64,000 bases of DNA from Eledone cirrhosa (GCA_964016885.1 OZ024743.1:15500001-15564000), one strand, 5' to 3'; numbered from the stretch's first letter, positions 22,901 to 37,405 are shown. Translations and numbers: made by a program. Notes: generated by a model from the letters alone, not told the origin.

Positions 22901-24333
22901 AGGAGCTTGGCATGTATCTCAAAGAATGTATAATCTACAGACGTTATGTTGGTGGAACTAAATGTGAAAAGTGTCAAAGTCACTGCATTCAAACAAATCA
23001 CTTTCTGTGAGAGGAAAATCCCCTGAGATTGTTTCGGAGTTCATCGTCTATAGCATATTAACTTCTATCTTCAGATTATTGTACTTGATCAACCACTTTA
23101 TGGCTTTCAGGGAGGTGTTTCCTTTAGATAATATTGCTACTTTGATACATAAGCACTGCTTATCCTTTTATATTTTATGTAGTTATACAAGACAGAAACA
23201 CTGGATGTCATACATAACATCCCATTTTAAGTTTGAACTAAAATACCATCCAAATCTACTTCAAATCATATCCTACTAACCTCCTTTTTAATGAAGGAAA
23301 CAGTCTATAATTTCCAGAAATGAATTGTAAAACATGATTTGATAACAGCTAAAACATCTTGGATGTCAGTTCGACCAGGGCTAAGCAACATGTATTGTCT
23401 AATAATTTACTGATCTATGTTTTAAAATCCCCAAAGTAAATGCTTTTTGAAAGATACATTTCTACTGTGCATTTTTTATGTGTCCCTGCTGTAAATGACA
23501 AATCATTATTTAAAGAATTCATTTATTCTTAACCACTTAAGGGACGGATGAATGTAACAGAACATTATATGAAAATAAAGCTAAAATAGGACAGCATGCT
23601 GTATAACAGAATTAGTTGTATGATCGTTGCAAAAATATATTTATATAAAACAAGCAAAACATGTGATATATTACATTCATGTGTAAATGCATAATACATG
23701 CATGTGTGTACACACATGCATGTACAACTGGATGAATATATATTCTCTGAGTGTGTGTTTAGAAATCCTAAAATGTAAATTATCCAATAAATAAAACCAT
23801 TTCCCAAATGCTAAGACTTAAAATAGAAATACATAGGAACACATAGGCCTTTGCAATATGTTATTTGCATGACAGTAATAGAGTAGGATTTCAATGCATA
23901 CATAGGCTAAATGGCTGAGAGTATATGATTGTGTGTAAATAAAAAAAAAAAGTTATTCTTGAACATGATGCATCTGTTGTGCAGCCTATTACATATGTAT
24001 ATAAGATGTCATATAAAATGCAGCATGTGTGTAACGTTTAAGGTTTCTCTATTCTTATACAATGAATGAAGATTGAAAAACATGCGTAAATGGAGAGACA
24101 GACACGCACATATACACATTCACTCAAAGTATTAGTTATTAAAAGGCCATTCACACTTCTCGTTTGCAATATCATGATATTCAAGGAAAGGAAATATTTA
24201 AATTACAATTAAAAAGAATTTCTCTTGAAAGTAATTAACATATACTATTGCAATGAATGTTGCAAAAGGAATTCCATAGGAACAATAATTATACTGTTGC
24301 CTCTGTGACTGTGACTACTACTACTACTACTAC

Positions 24334-24383
<50 letters not shown>

Positions 24384-24384
24384 A

Positions 24385-24575
24385 TGATTTCTACTATAGG
24401 CGCAAGGCCAGCAATTTTGAGATGAAAGTCGATTAAATTGACACCAGTGCAATTCTTGTGCTTTATTTTATCAATCTCGTAAGGATGAAAGGCAATGCTA
24501 ACCTGGACGGGATTTGAATTCAGATCGTAAAGGGGCGTAACTCTATGCAGCAAAGCTCTACCGATTCTGCCAATC
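24385..24575 (-). mobile_element. SINE family A (long form) with (ACT)n tail
   Basis: Similarity to 51179-51389; the tail merges into the (CTA)n(GTA)n run at 24315-24383. Confidence 0.8.
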
Positions 24576-24654
24576 AGAACAAATGAAATAATAATTATAA
24601 TAGTAATAATAATCATCATCAGCAGCAGCAACATGCATCTAGATTAGGATTCAC

Positions 24655-24776
24655 TCCTGTAAGTTTGATGAATTCCATATCTATGTTTGAATATTATTTT
24701 TGATACAAGCACAACATAAAACGTGACTCTCTATAATATTTGTGTCAAGTTTATATTCTAAATTTGCCACCCCCCA
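24655..24776 (-). pseudogene. Exon-like segment with one in-frame TAG (WGVANLEYKLDTNIIESHVLCCACIKNNIQT*IWNSSNLQ)
   Basis: aaacag| acceptor in phase 0 with the 24934 donor; gtgaat donor. It could instead be a terminal exon ending at the TAG. Confidence 0.4.
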
Positions 24777-24933
24777 CTGTTTACAAATAAAGGCACCACC
24801 TCCACGTCCACTGAATAAAACAGCCAAAATAATGGCAATGTCACCACCACTAACATCACAAACATAAATACCATCACCAACAACAATAACAGCACAAATA
24901 AAATACAACACCGAAAAAAGATAATCCTAATAC

Positions 24934-25052
24934 AGAGTGTGTGTCGGCATTGAGTTTATGTTCAATTTTTGTTCTTATTTCAGCAATTCCATCGTCTGGA
25001 TAATAAGGTGATGGCTTAGACAGGAAATCATTTCTCATAAGTTGCACATTTC
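24934..25052 (-). CDS. Putative exon (NVQLMRNDFLSKPSPYYPDDGIAEIRTKIEHKLNADTHS)
   Basis: ccattttaag| acceptor, open frame with protein-like composition, gtatta donor, 157-nt intron to the next exon. Confidence 0.5.
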
Positions 25053-25619
25053 CTTAAAATGGAGACAAAAAAGAACAAATTAACTATTATGAAAATAGTA
25101 TATCCCCAACCCCCAGCTTTCTGTTAAAATAAGGAAAGATGTTATCAATCTATTTATAGTCTGATGTCGCTGAACTTGAACCAGCAGCCAGAGATCACAG
25201 CAAAAAGTAGAAGTCAATAAACCCCATATACATCAACATTGTCTGGACAGCAATAGGTACTGAGAAATAGAGAGCGTTAGCACACAAAGACAAAATACTA
25301 TAACAAAATCAGCATCAACAGAGAAACAAGAGACAAGGTTACTTTAAATCTACCAATCTCTTTCCTGTGTACATAGCTGGGACAAATACAAAAACAAAAA
25401 GAACATCAGAAAGTAACAACAATGATATGGTGATATGAGGTTAAATAATGATGATGGTGATGGTGGTGGTAATGATTTCTTTAGGAATCATAATGGTTTT
25501 ACAAGAAGAAAACATTAAGGACAGCATTAATAATGAATAAAAACCATGACCAAGAAACAATTGCCTGGCAGCGGTGGGGTGTAGCTCTGTCTCATGTTCA
25601 GGATAAGCACATTAATTGT

Positions 25620-26640
25620 GTTTGATAATCATCCTTGAGGTGATATCTTGAAACAAAATTACTCTATGGCAGTGAAGGATAAAACGCATAAAGAAATAAA
25701 AAGAAATACAGTGTTACTGACAAAAGGACATACTGGATTGGTCTTCACCCGGGTCAACAAGGGCCGTGTCCCTCAGGGAGGAATCAGCCAAGAGTTGAAA
25801 AGTCTTCAACTGAAACGAGCTCTTCTCCAAATACGGAAATGAATGGTCACTTGAAAGTAAATGGACAGAAAAAAGAATCCATAGACAATTCCAATGATGT
25901 GTTGAAGATAAGATAGACAGAGAGAAAAGGTGGTTATGGATGATTAAAAATGATTTTAACCTGGAAACAGAAATTGTAAGATAAAGTAAGAAACTATTAC
26001 TTTTCTACAGAATAAATCACACAGCTGAAAGCGATAAGTGCTGAATTCATGGCGAGAATGGAGAAACCACAAGGCATATTACCTATCAATGTACACCACT
26101 AACTGAGAAATAAGAGAGACCACAACAATGTATCAGGGATAGTCCATTGGGCACTCTGTGGAAAGTATGGACTAGAAAGAGCTAAAGTGATACGATTATA
26201 AATCCAACATCATTATCGAAAATAATAATACAAAGATCCTGTGGGATATTATGATTCAGTGTGACTAAGAGATAGGAAATCAGATATCTTGATCAATGAG
26301 AAAGACAGCAAAATATCCTGAGTCATAGATATAACATGTCCAGCTAACAAAATGTGTGTTAATGAAAGAATAAGAGTCGATAAATATGACAGGTTGGCTT
26401 AGGTGGTTAAGAAGTTTTGGTCACTGAAAAATCTGGTAGTAATATACATAATAAATAGTTACTTAGGAACAGAAAGAAGAGATCCTGAGAATTATCTCAA
26501 ACACACTGGTAATGCAATATGGGTTGGGCTTTTGCTGAAAACAGTACTGCTTGCAAGAGCTCGAATATTCCAGAAGGTGCTTGAAACATACGGTGCGCTA
26601 CCTCAGTTCACTGGCAGTGGAACCCTGATACCAAAATACA
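25620..26640 (+). mobile_element. R4/Dong-like LINE 3' part (restriction-like endonuclease), degenerate
   Basis: RDHNNVSGIVHWALCGKYGL, KILWDIMIQCD, DITCP and LLKTVLL..ARIFQKVL motifs. Confidence 0.75.
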
Positions 26641-26699
26641 TCTCTAGCTTTAGAAAGTGAGTGATGAAAATATAATACCAATAATACCGAAGAATAATG

Positions 26700-28760
26700 C
26701 AACATCAGTGAAAGGAAAGTTATAGGTTTGAGATAAGAGAATAGCAAATGTTAAAGCTATTGCTATAAGAAAGAATCGGTAGTTGACTGATGAAGAACTT
26801 GAGTCTATCAAAAGAAGGGTTCTTGATGTGACTAATGAATGACTTCAGGAAATTGACTCTAGTGGAGAGAACAGAGAGATAGACAACGAAAATCAGTTGC
26901 TAAAGACGCTTTTCATTGCAAAAATGAGAAAACAAAAGCAAGTGGGATAAGTATTGTAGATGAACAAAATATGACTGATGAGCTGGGATTGTTATATGAC
27001 AATATAATACCAAATTCAAGGGCAGATAACAGTATCTATAATCGTAATCTAACAAGGATTGGTCAGTGGAAATTAAATAGTGAGATTCAGAAAGTGAACA
27101 AAAACCTGATGAACATCAAAAAATACAACATTAGAGTATCAAACAACTTGATTAAAGCAGCAAGTTTTATTATAGCAGAAAATATAGGTGAAGACAACTG
27201 AATGAGAATAACATTCTCACTGAAGAACAGAAATGAAATAGATACAAATGCAAAGGTACTAAGGAATAAATTTTATTGGACAAAACAATTCTTAGGCAAT
27301 TTCAAAAAAGGCGTTCTAACCTAGCAATCTCATGGACAGATTATTGCAAGGCATACGATTTCATTCTTCACTTGTGGGTCGTGGAATATTTGAGTTTGTT
27401 TGGAATTGCATAGAATGTTGAACATTTTCTGGAAAAAAGCATGGAAAAATGGAAAGCCGCGTTGACCTGTTATGAGCAAAGCTTGGCCACAATAAAAATC
27501 AATTCCGCTTATACTATGTTATATTATTAATAATTATGATCTTCAAAATTACAAAACCTGGCTATGATTTTAAGGGGAAACAACAGAAAGTCAATCATTT
27601 ACATTTTATGATGGATTTTAAACTCTATGGTAAATATCAATCACAAATAAGCTCACGTGGTTTATTTGTGTATGTGTTTGGTATTGGCATGTTAATGTAA
27701 TTTGGATTGAAGGGATGCGGGATGTTTGTTTTGAATGAGGTGAGACAAAATATGTTGATGGAGTAGTGCTGACTTCAAAAGAAATCATGAAAAAAATGAA
27801 AGATACAAATATCTTAGAATGTTAGAGATGGATAGCGTTATAGAACAGGAAATGAAATCATGTTTTACAGGAGAAGAATATCAAAGAGTTAGACTGGTTC
27901 TTAAGTCAAGGTCTAATTGTCAAAAGATATTTGAAACCATGAACACCTGTGCACTATCTCTGTTCAGATGGTGATAATAGAATTATTGCTTGGATAATTG
28001 ATGAATTGCTACTGGACAACAAAAAAGCTACTTATATCATATGGAGCTTTTCATCCAAGCAGTGAGGTTGGTAGTTTGTACATACTAAGGAAAAAATAAT
28101 GCTGACAGGTTGTAAAACCACTATGAGGGCAGACGAAAGCAATGTCGTTTGCATTTTAAATAATTGCACATATCCATTCTTGATGGAAGTGAGAAACTCA
28201 GATTTTGTTAATGGGTATTATAGAAAATTGCAAACACAGAGTCCAGTGCAAAAGGGAAATGACTACTGAAGCTGTCGAGAAGGGAACATAAAAGAAAGTA
28301 CATGGACAATATCTGAGGGACACAGAAGCTAAAACTAATTTGTGAAAGAGGTGGTTATGACTGCACAAATAGGATTTGAATTCAGAAACAGAAGCCTTAA
28401 TCTGTATCACTCAAAATTAGTTCCTAGCAGCAAAATTACTTAAACATAGTATTGAACAACCAGTAGCATATTACAAATGTAGAATACATTGGAGAAAAAA
28501 CAGGATTATCTGACACATCAGTTGTTAATGTACCCAGGAAAAATACAAACTATGTCATAGCAATGTTACTTGAATCGGTCAGTAGGAGCTATGGAGAAAT
28601 AACACAAGTTTAAAAGGTCATGTAGATGGAGCAAACACAAACCAGAAGATATTTTGAAGAATGATTTTATGAAAATCCTGTGGGATTTAATGGTTCAATG
28701 TGACAATGACGTAGAACATAGAATGCCAGATATCATGGTAATATCATGCACATAGGATGC
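26700..28760 (+). mobile_element. Second R4/Dong-like LINE remnant (RT to RLE), degenerate
   Basis: DYCKAYD, KVNHLHF, ETEALICITQ and KILWDLMVQCDNDVEHRMPDIMV motifs, with many stops. Confidence 0.75.
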
Positions 28761-29008
28761 CCCTTTTTCTCAGGTCATTCTAACTACATTTACCCACCTT
28801 TTAACAAACATACTAGAATTTGAAAAGGCTACACAATGTTTGACAACCAGATTGTTTTTAAGTTAAATACATCTTCGATTCTCCGAACACTTGCACATTC
28901 TCAACAGGACGTAAGTGATGTTTATAATATAATACTATTCATGTCTGGGAAAATACTGCTGCAATACCATTGAATATTTATGATTATATATCTTTTAGTT
29001 CCACACAC

Positions 29009-29561
29009 CTAGCCACTAAAACCTCATGGGAATGATCAGAAAACATTCACTGAAAAGCATTCTGTAGATCCACCATGTTCATTCTTTGTTTCTTCTATAA
29101 TTACAGAATAGTTGCTGTTGATATTCAGAACTTGCAAGTTGCATAAGAACACAAGAAAATTTTTATTTGATATGTGGTTTTCTATAAGTGATGCAATGAG
29201 AGAGCAGTTCTGAGGTTTATGGATGCTAGACATAGTAGCCAAAGTGTGCTCAAATCACATACACTCAATTGTCTGAGGAAAAAGAAGAACATTTCAATAA
29301 TATAGTCTTTAGTATATAAATGGATAGTGTGGTCATTACTATAAATACTTTGATGATAGGTCTTCTCGATCAGTGTAAATATAGCCTTGAACAAAAAACA
29401 TCAATATCAATTTGATATAGCCTTCGCAAAAATCTATATTGAACATTATAGTCATGCCAATCTTCTGAGAAATGCAACTAATTGGAAAACCTTACCTTCC
29501 TATACATTTGCATTTATCTGTAAACATCAAGCACATTAACTCTGCAACAATATCACTCCCT
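29009..29561 (-). pseudogene. Two exon-like segments (29496-29561 open; 29009-29272 with stops)
   Basis: GAAG|gtaagg donor at 29496 and a strong ttcttttttcctcag| acceptor at 29273; the long frame is interrupted by TGA codons. Confidence 0.3.
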
Positions 29562-30308
29562 CTAACATTTATGTGAAATTAATAGAAACATTTTAACATA
29601 CAAATAAAATAAAATAGAAGGCCTGTGTTTAATCTTTTGTATGTGAGGTTATGTAATTTTCATGATATATATATATATATGTATGTGTGTGTGTATGTGT
29701 GTTTGTGCATGAGTGAATGTGTGGGGTTATATGCATGAAATTTAGTTAGACTTGGTAAGAAATATTACTTTAGAATTTTTACTTCTAAATATAACATTTT
29801 GACAGGCTAATGTCTGAGAAATCTGCAGTCAGGTATAATATAGTTAGTGTTTGTGTTTGACTGGGCATATGACAGTTATTGTAAACAAATTATTTTGTAT
29901 TGATGCTCCTGTATAATTTAGAATCACGCTATATTGAATGCATTGCATTACTAAATATAGATTTTAGGTACATTAATTTCTACCATTAGCTAGAGGACAC
30001 AAATTTATGGTAGGGACATTTAGTCAATTAACAAAACCCTAGTATTGATTTATTTTCTCAATTCCAGAATGGGTAAAAGGTAAAGTTTGCCTCAATAGGA
30101 TTTGAACTCACAACGTAAGAATTTGGCTCTCTTAAAATTCTCCCAATTCAAAGTATATTAATATTCTATATTTCAAATGCTGAACTGTCTGATAAGAATG
30201 TATTAGTAGTGATGATAATAGTAACAGTTGTGGTTGTAGTAGTAATAGTAGTGATAGTATTAGTACTAATGCCTGTAGGAATTTTGAAATTTTGAAAATA
30301 TAGTAATA

Positions 30309-30492
30309 CTTGTTTCTATTTTAGGCACAAGGCCAGCAATTATCCAGTACATTACTGGTACTTTATTTTATCGACCCCGTAAGGATGAAAGGCAAAGTTA
30401 ACCTCGGCCGGATTTGAACTCAGATCGTAAAAGGACGTAACTATGCTGGAAAGCATGTCTGACCCTCTAACGATACTGCCAATTCACGGCCC
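30309..30492 (-). mobile_element. SINE family A with 17-bp target-site duplication
   Basis: ttgaaaatatagtaata at 30292-30308 and 30493-30509. Confidence 0.93.
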
Positions 30493-31134
30493 TTGAAAAT
30501 ATAGTAATAATAAAGATATTTTGTCCCAGATCTATGATCAAAAGAATGTCTGTTGTGACCAACCTATAGCTCTCTAATCATAGTGTACTTTCTACTTCAT
30601 TAAATGATATTTCGTTTCCTTCTTTAAAACTAAGGAGGGATTTGTTGCATGTTGAGTGATCTCATAGAATTTTCCCCATTGCTTGGTTTAGTAATGGTGA
30701 GGAAAGTGCAGATTTAATGATTTCAATAACTGTCAATACATGGTGTTATGTGGAGTGTGTCTTGAAAAATGTTCATGTATTGTTGAAAGGATGTACTTCT
30801 TGAAGTGGTAGTATTTTCACATTATTGCAGTTCATGGCATATCAGGAGCCAAAAATAACCAGATCATTGTGACATCTCCCACAGAGTGAATGATTATAGC
30901 ATACTAAAGAATTAAATCACCTATCCACTGATGTAGGTAAGAAGGGGCTACTATTAGGAATTCTGCATAGTATTAATATAAATAAATATTCCAGTATATA
31001 TTTTGTATCTCTGACAAGTGAAAAGAAAATGTATAGTGTTTTTTAAATATATATTAAAGAGAGAGAAAAACGAGAGAGATAGATAGAATAAGGAAATAAA
31101 CATCTACTTTTTCTCCCCACATTCATTCTCTTTG

Positions 31135-31143
31135 CACACACAG

Positions 31144-31183
<40 letters not shown>

Positions 31184-31311
31184 TTATAATAATAAAATGT
31201 GGAGAGGAAGCACACGAGTTAGGATAAATTTTTCTTCCTAATAATCGTCTTTTTCTCCCTGTTTTCACATATATATATATATAATATATATATATATATA
31301 ATATATATATA

Positions 31312-31354
<43 letters not shown>

Positions 31355-31410
31355 TAGATAGATAGATAGATAGATGGATAGATAGCGAGAGAGAAGGAGA
31401 GAGAGAAGAG
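31135..31410. repeat. (CA)n/(TA)n/(GATA)n/(GA)n microsatellite cluster
   Basis: Directly visible. Confidence 0.95.
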
Positions 31411-33599
31411 GTGTGAAATAGAGAGGTGTAACACATATGACATATATAATGGAATAACTGATTGTGTTAAAGATAAAATATAATCGAGACTGTAAAAGAA
31501 TGGATGTGAAAAATGGTAATAGTAACATTCTAACAGAATGTATTAGAGAGGGAAAGCGCAAAATGAAATGAAAAGAAGTATTAAATGGAATAAATGGCTA
31601 CAAGAAAGTAAATAAAATGGAAAGGAATGGGGGGTCAGAAACACTATATATCACAATAAATAGTTGAAGAAAGGAGAGACTGGGAGAAATTGATCAGATG
31701 TTTCTAATTCACATGCGCAAAAACAAGGATAAAAGACTTTATTGACATTTTTGCCATTGCTAATGATTAAGGAGGTGAAAATGACACTTCAATGATGATG
31801 GCGATAATGATGATGGTGATGAGGTCGATTTCCAGAATGCAGTTTGTCACACATATGCATACATAAAAGAATTATGAAAAATAATATATATACAATATAA
31901 AAATATAACAAGATATAAATGTGATATATCATTTAAAGTTATAAAATCATAGATTGGAAGGAATAAATTGGAATATGCTGAAATGTTAGGAGCCTTCAAC
32001 CTTACACTGTCCAGCAATATAAGAAACATCTTTAAAATTTCAATGAAGATAGAAATACGAGGTCAAATGGTAAGAATTTTCATTAATCAATATGTCCAAA
32101 GCAAAAAAATGAATTACATTATAATGACATACTTTCAAGAAGCACCATATGAAAATACATTTTTTTAAATTTTGTTTATACACTTTTGTTTTAGATATTC
32201 TTATTACTTTTTACATTATGATTTCTGAAGCAATACAGTCTTTATAGTGATGATTTAAAGTTATACTTTGAATAAATTTATGATTATTGCTGGTGTACTA
32301 TTTATATATATGGTGATCATGATTATATGTATGTATGTGTGTGTGTATGTATGTTTATATGTATGTATGGAGGTATGTATGATGTATGTATTATGTATGT
32401 ATGTGTATGGAGGTATGTATATGTATACATATATTTAAGAAGGAAATATATTAGTTTTGATATATAATGGAAATAGCAAAATCGAATTTCACTTTGCAAA
32501 ACTATCAGAATATAAAATGATGGTACTAAACTATAATGATATATCCACTTCAACTATCAGGGCAAATTGAGTTCCCAGTTAGTGGTTGACAGAACATTTC
32601 TGCAAATAGAGAAATATATTTAGTATTTAAGTATATATATATAACTTCAATAATATAATCAATCAAAAGTCTATAATTTGAAACATACTTCTGTTTTTGA
32701 CAATATCTAAACAGTGTATGAAGAATTATTTCGATAAACAGACGGAAAAAATATAGCGATTTCTTGAATAGTCTTAAGGGACAAACTATTGTGGGCACAA
32801 GCCAAAGCTAATATTCTTGCATTTTGCTTCTATTTTGGTTCAATAGAAAAACCATTATGTGGTTCACTCCCCTCACCCTCAGTAAGCTTGTGATAGCAGT
32901 CAAATATTAATCACATCACAGCTCATATTATATAAAGTTGGCTTAAATGTTTCTAAAATGAAAGGCTGGTCAAAGTGGATTGAATAATTTTAATCAGGGA
33001 TTTGCGTTTGACGAACATGCTGAATTGGCAAAAATGTTAGGAAATCAGACAAAATAATATGCAGTATTTATTCCCTTTTATGCTATGAATTCTAATGCTG
33101 GCATGGTCAATATCTTTTCATCCCTATGTTGTCAATAAAACTAAGTACTTTTCTCTCAAATTTTGGCATCCATGTATTTATAAACTGTTGAACAAAATGC
33201 TTTGCATTGTTTATTTTGGATCTGACAACCCAAGTATGTGTAGTAAATCTACCTATATCTAGTCAAAGGACTTGTAAAAAAATAATTAAAGGAGGGAATC
33301 AAGAAACGCCCTTAATATTCTTCCACAGAAACTCCAAAATTAGCCCTTAGTAATTATATTGGAGTTGCCATCTGTCATTGATCAGGTTAAATGCACAGAT
33401 CATAGCATCTATCCTGAAGGAGAAACAACTGTTATTTCTAACAATTTTAGCAACCGAGTATATGCTCCCTCATCTAATTGGTTTTACTATATGAAGGGAC
33501 ACTGAGGGATCATCGGTGATTGTAACAATGATTGTTTATGCATTGAGGAGTCGTGTAGCACAATAATGTTCCTTTAATTATTGTTGTTGTGATATGTTC

Positions 33600-33900
33600 T
33601 CCACCTCTAGCATAGTTTCTTCGGACACAAACCCTGGTACCCCGACCCACTATGCAGGGAAAAGGTAGATAAACAAATACCTGGGATTGTCTGCTTCCTC
33701 TTCGCACCAGTCCCTGTCGAGACCTCAGGAGTACTTGGACCCCATCCTGCTGAGCTCCTCTGCAAGATCGGAAGATTGGCAGCCAGTCTGAAGAAGGAGC
33801 CCGTGAAATGGGGTGATTGTTTCAGTGGGTGTCGCTGGCCATTGTCCAAGGGAATACTTTTGTGATCCTGTCTATGGGGTCAAGACTCATATTCACCACA
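33600..33900 (+). mobile_element. CRE-like non-LTR retrotransposon 3' fragment (RLE domain)
   Basis: Frameshifted translation KYLGL..FLFAPVPVETSGVLGP..KIGR..LFQWVSLAIVQGN resembles the F.P.AVETLG..G...QRLSLAIQRGN C-terminus of CRE-type elements. Confidence 0.65.
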
Positions 33901-34207
33901 CCCTAGAATTGGAGCCCAATCCCCCTCACAACCCACCTCACCATTCTTCAGTGACACTAGAGCCCTTTCCATTTCCATTTTTTAAAAATATTGTCTTATT
34001 TTACATTCCATTCTTATTTCTCAATCAATTTTTTTTCTTTGTCTATCAAATTGTATCTACATGATATATTAATTCAATTGTAACTAAAACTCATTTAAAT
34101 ACACAAAAAAAGTTGTATTAGTGTAGCAATTGTGCCTAAATGTTTTTCAAGTAATTATGTCATTATGAAACAAGTTAATTTAGCTTATCATTATATATTA
34201 TTCTAGA

Positions 34208-34388
34208 TGGATTGGCAGTATCGGTAGAGGGTCGGATGCCATGCTTTGATGCAAAGAGTTACGGCACTTTCCATTCTGAGTTCAAATCCCGCCGAGGTTA
34301 ACTTTGCCTTTCATCCTTACGGGGTCGATAAAATAAAGTACCAGTAATACACTGGATTATTGCTGGCCTTGTGCCAAAAGTAGAAACA
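34208..34388 (+). mobile_element. SINE family A with 18-bp target-site duplication
   Basis: attatatattattctaga at 34190-34207 and 34389-34406; box B gagttcaaatccc. Confidence 0.93.
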
Positions 34389-34877
34389 ATTATATATTAT
34401 TCTAGAATAATTCAACAAACAAAATGCGTATCTATTCAATGAGAGACATCTAGAGCTAATACAGGCATAAGGGGAAGCAAGTTCTCAGGTTAGATAAAGT
34501 CAATGTATTTACTATTGTCAATGTCTGTATAATTACTTTCACCAAGTACTGAAAAGAGAAACACCATTGATAAGGGAAACAGGAAACAATGTTGTTACTT
34601 CTTTTCCAACTACACCTCTAGTGTTGTGCCTTGAAACAATGCAACCAGTACACACAGGAAGGTGGTTGGTTACATGAAATGAAAGGTACCTGCTGTAGAA
34701 ACCATTTAAACAACTGCATACAAGTTATGTCTGCTGATGACTAGTCAGCTATAGCCAGCAAGGAAACGATATTGATGATGATATGTATGGGTGGAAGAAA
34801 ACAAACACTAGTATTATTTTCAATAAATCAGAAAACTTTAATGTTTGTTCAAATTATAAAAAATGCTGATAGGAATG

Positions 34878-35002
<125 letters not shown>

Positions 35003-35954
35003 CCAGGGATGGGGGTTCATTAAAGGTATTGTAAAAAGATATAGAACTTGAAACTTGTTACTGTAATGGTAACAAAATATATTTTAGCTCATGGAAAGAT
35101 CGGATTATAGGAGAGACATTAGAAGCATTATCCTGCTACCTTGTGTAAAGAAACTTTTACATGGTTGCTAGAATCTTCTTGTTAGAATCAGCATCCAAAT
35201 CATACTCAATTGAAGTCCTACTCTTAAAATATGGAAGGATAAAATAGGTAATGTAGCCCTAGATAGCCGAAACATGCTGCATGCTCAAGGATAGAACGCC
35301 TTTGTTCATGGATGTGCATGTTCAGATCTTACATGGGACTAAACAACAATAGTCAACATAAAAATGCTAAATCTGCAGCAGCTGAAAAATAGTGAATAAG
35401 AGAGAGTATAGACTGCATCCCTCATATATTCAATGCAACTGTTTAGGTGAAATATAGTGTGTGAATTACTGGAGGCTGTAAATTACATAAGAAATAAGTG
35501 ATGTATTTAAATATGGTGATGTGTAATCGCAAGGCAAACTTTATGCTGGTTGGGGTTAAATTTAAATTTTGCTCAAATATTATGATAGTGACAAAATGAT
35601 GAAGGAGTAAGGGTTGGAATAAATAGAGTGGGAATACATGAATACATAACGAATGAAAGATAATTGTTTATACAGGTATGGAATTTTTCAGACCAAATAA
35701 ACAGTGGTGGTTTTGATAATGTTTAAAGCTGATCTAAGATGGCCAATTGATAATATTCATCCAGTTCTTTTCGTCGTTATTGATTTAATCAGAATACTTC
35801 TGCAGCCTTCAGTTCAAAGGAACTGAAATACATTTATCAGCCAAGTAAAAATTATATACTGAAACATTTCATGTAAGAAATAGTTTTTTTTCTTTCAACT
35901 CATATTTATTTAGTTTTAAACATATGTTTTGGACTTCTACAATAATATACTTAC

Positions 35955-36185
35955 ACGAATCTGTATACAAGTGTTGGTGTAGATTTAGTATGGTGCACTT
36001 TCAGTTAGGTTTGGCTGCCACCTTTAAAATATTGAGCAGTCAAACAGAGATTCCTTGTGGAATCATGGTATAATGTTGGTTCAAACAATATATGAGGACA
36101 GTTAAACAATAGTGAAGAGGTAGTGTAAATGAAGATTGCTATCATTTTTGAAGGAATATGTTTATAAATTGAAACGTGACAGCAT
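35955..36185 (-). pseudogene. Exon-like segment with one in-frame TAA
   Basis: tttttgtatag| acceptor and |gtaagt donor; about 76 codons with a single stop at 36005-36007. Confidence 0.3.
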
Positions 36186-37139
36186 CTATACAAAAAATGC
36201 ACATCATATTTAAATCATTATCGAAGAAGTCACTGTTTATTTTGTCTGAAAAAATCCATACTTGTATAAATATATTTTTTCACTATTTATGCACATATTT
36301 TCTATTTACACACCTCCTTCCTGTTCTAACTATTTTTGTTGATTATTTTTGAATTGTTACAAGTTTTATTGTTTTTCTTTTTTGCCATCATTGTTGGTGA
36401 TGGCAATGGGCTGCTGAAAATGTGAATAATTATTATTTTTTTTTAAATCTTTTAAAACAGAATGTGAGCTGTAGAGCCAAGGCAATGCACAGCATGAGGA
36501 AGCTATCTAATAGAAAACTGCTTGTCTCTGGAGTGTGAGATGGATGCAGTTTATAAGCTGACATGAAACATAGCTACAAGCCGCACATACGAAGCATAAT
36601 GTTGAATATTGCTTGATGGAAACTGTACATAAATCATTGAAATGTATGAGAGAAAATAAAGCTTGTCTTTATGACTGTTTTCAATATATTTGTGACTTTG
36701 CAAATTATAATAACATTTGTGGAAACATGTCGAATTATGTTCCCATACAATGAAATACAATTTGTAAAATGGAAGGAACGGAGAAAAATTAATTTGTTTT
36801 CTAAAATACCTAATTAGCTTAGTATTCACCTGTGTTTTGGTTGTTTATGTTGCTAAAATTAAGCCAATTCAGATGTGGAATAATTAATGTATGCATAATC
36901 AGGGATCGTTCAATGTAAAATATTCTAGATCATCAATATTGTATATATTAACGTAAGAGTGTAAGAATCTCCAAATACTATAATACACACATTTGTAAAA
37001 ACATTGTATGTTCATATGGTTGAGTGAGTCTGTATAAACATATATTCACACACACACACATATATATTCACATACATGCACATAAACATATACACACATA
37101 TATGTGGGGGTGTTTGTTTGTGTGTGTATATACATCATT

Positions 37140-37405
37140 TCACTAGTTTCAGTCATTATATTGTAGCCATGGTGGGTGACTGCATTGATTTACTTGATCA
37201 TATCGATCACAGTAATTAATTTTTTCATGTGGCTGGTAAATGTATCGATTATTTTTGTCAATCTACACAGAAACAGATACAAACATAAACATAGACACAG
37301 TCACACACATATATTACTTACAAGGCATGTGTCAACTGAAGGCTACAGTAGATGATACTAGCTCAAGATACCATACACCGAGACGGAATCTAGAACCACA
37401 TGATT
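37140..37405 (-). mobile_element. Degenerate SINE-like repeat, family B
   Basis: Shares caaggcat..g(g/a)cta(c/t)agtaga(t/a)ga(t/c)ac with 49628-49665. Family and strand are from recall, not alignment. Confidence 0.4.

Noticed and set aside
34208-34290. tRNA gene suggested by box A/B motifs
   Set aside because: No cloverleaf; these are SINE heads.
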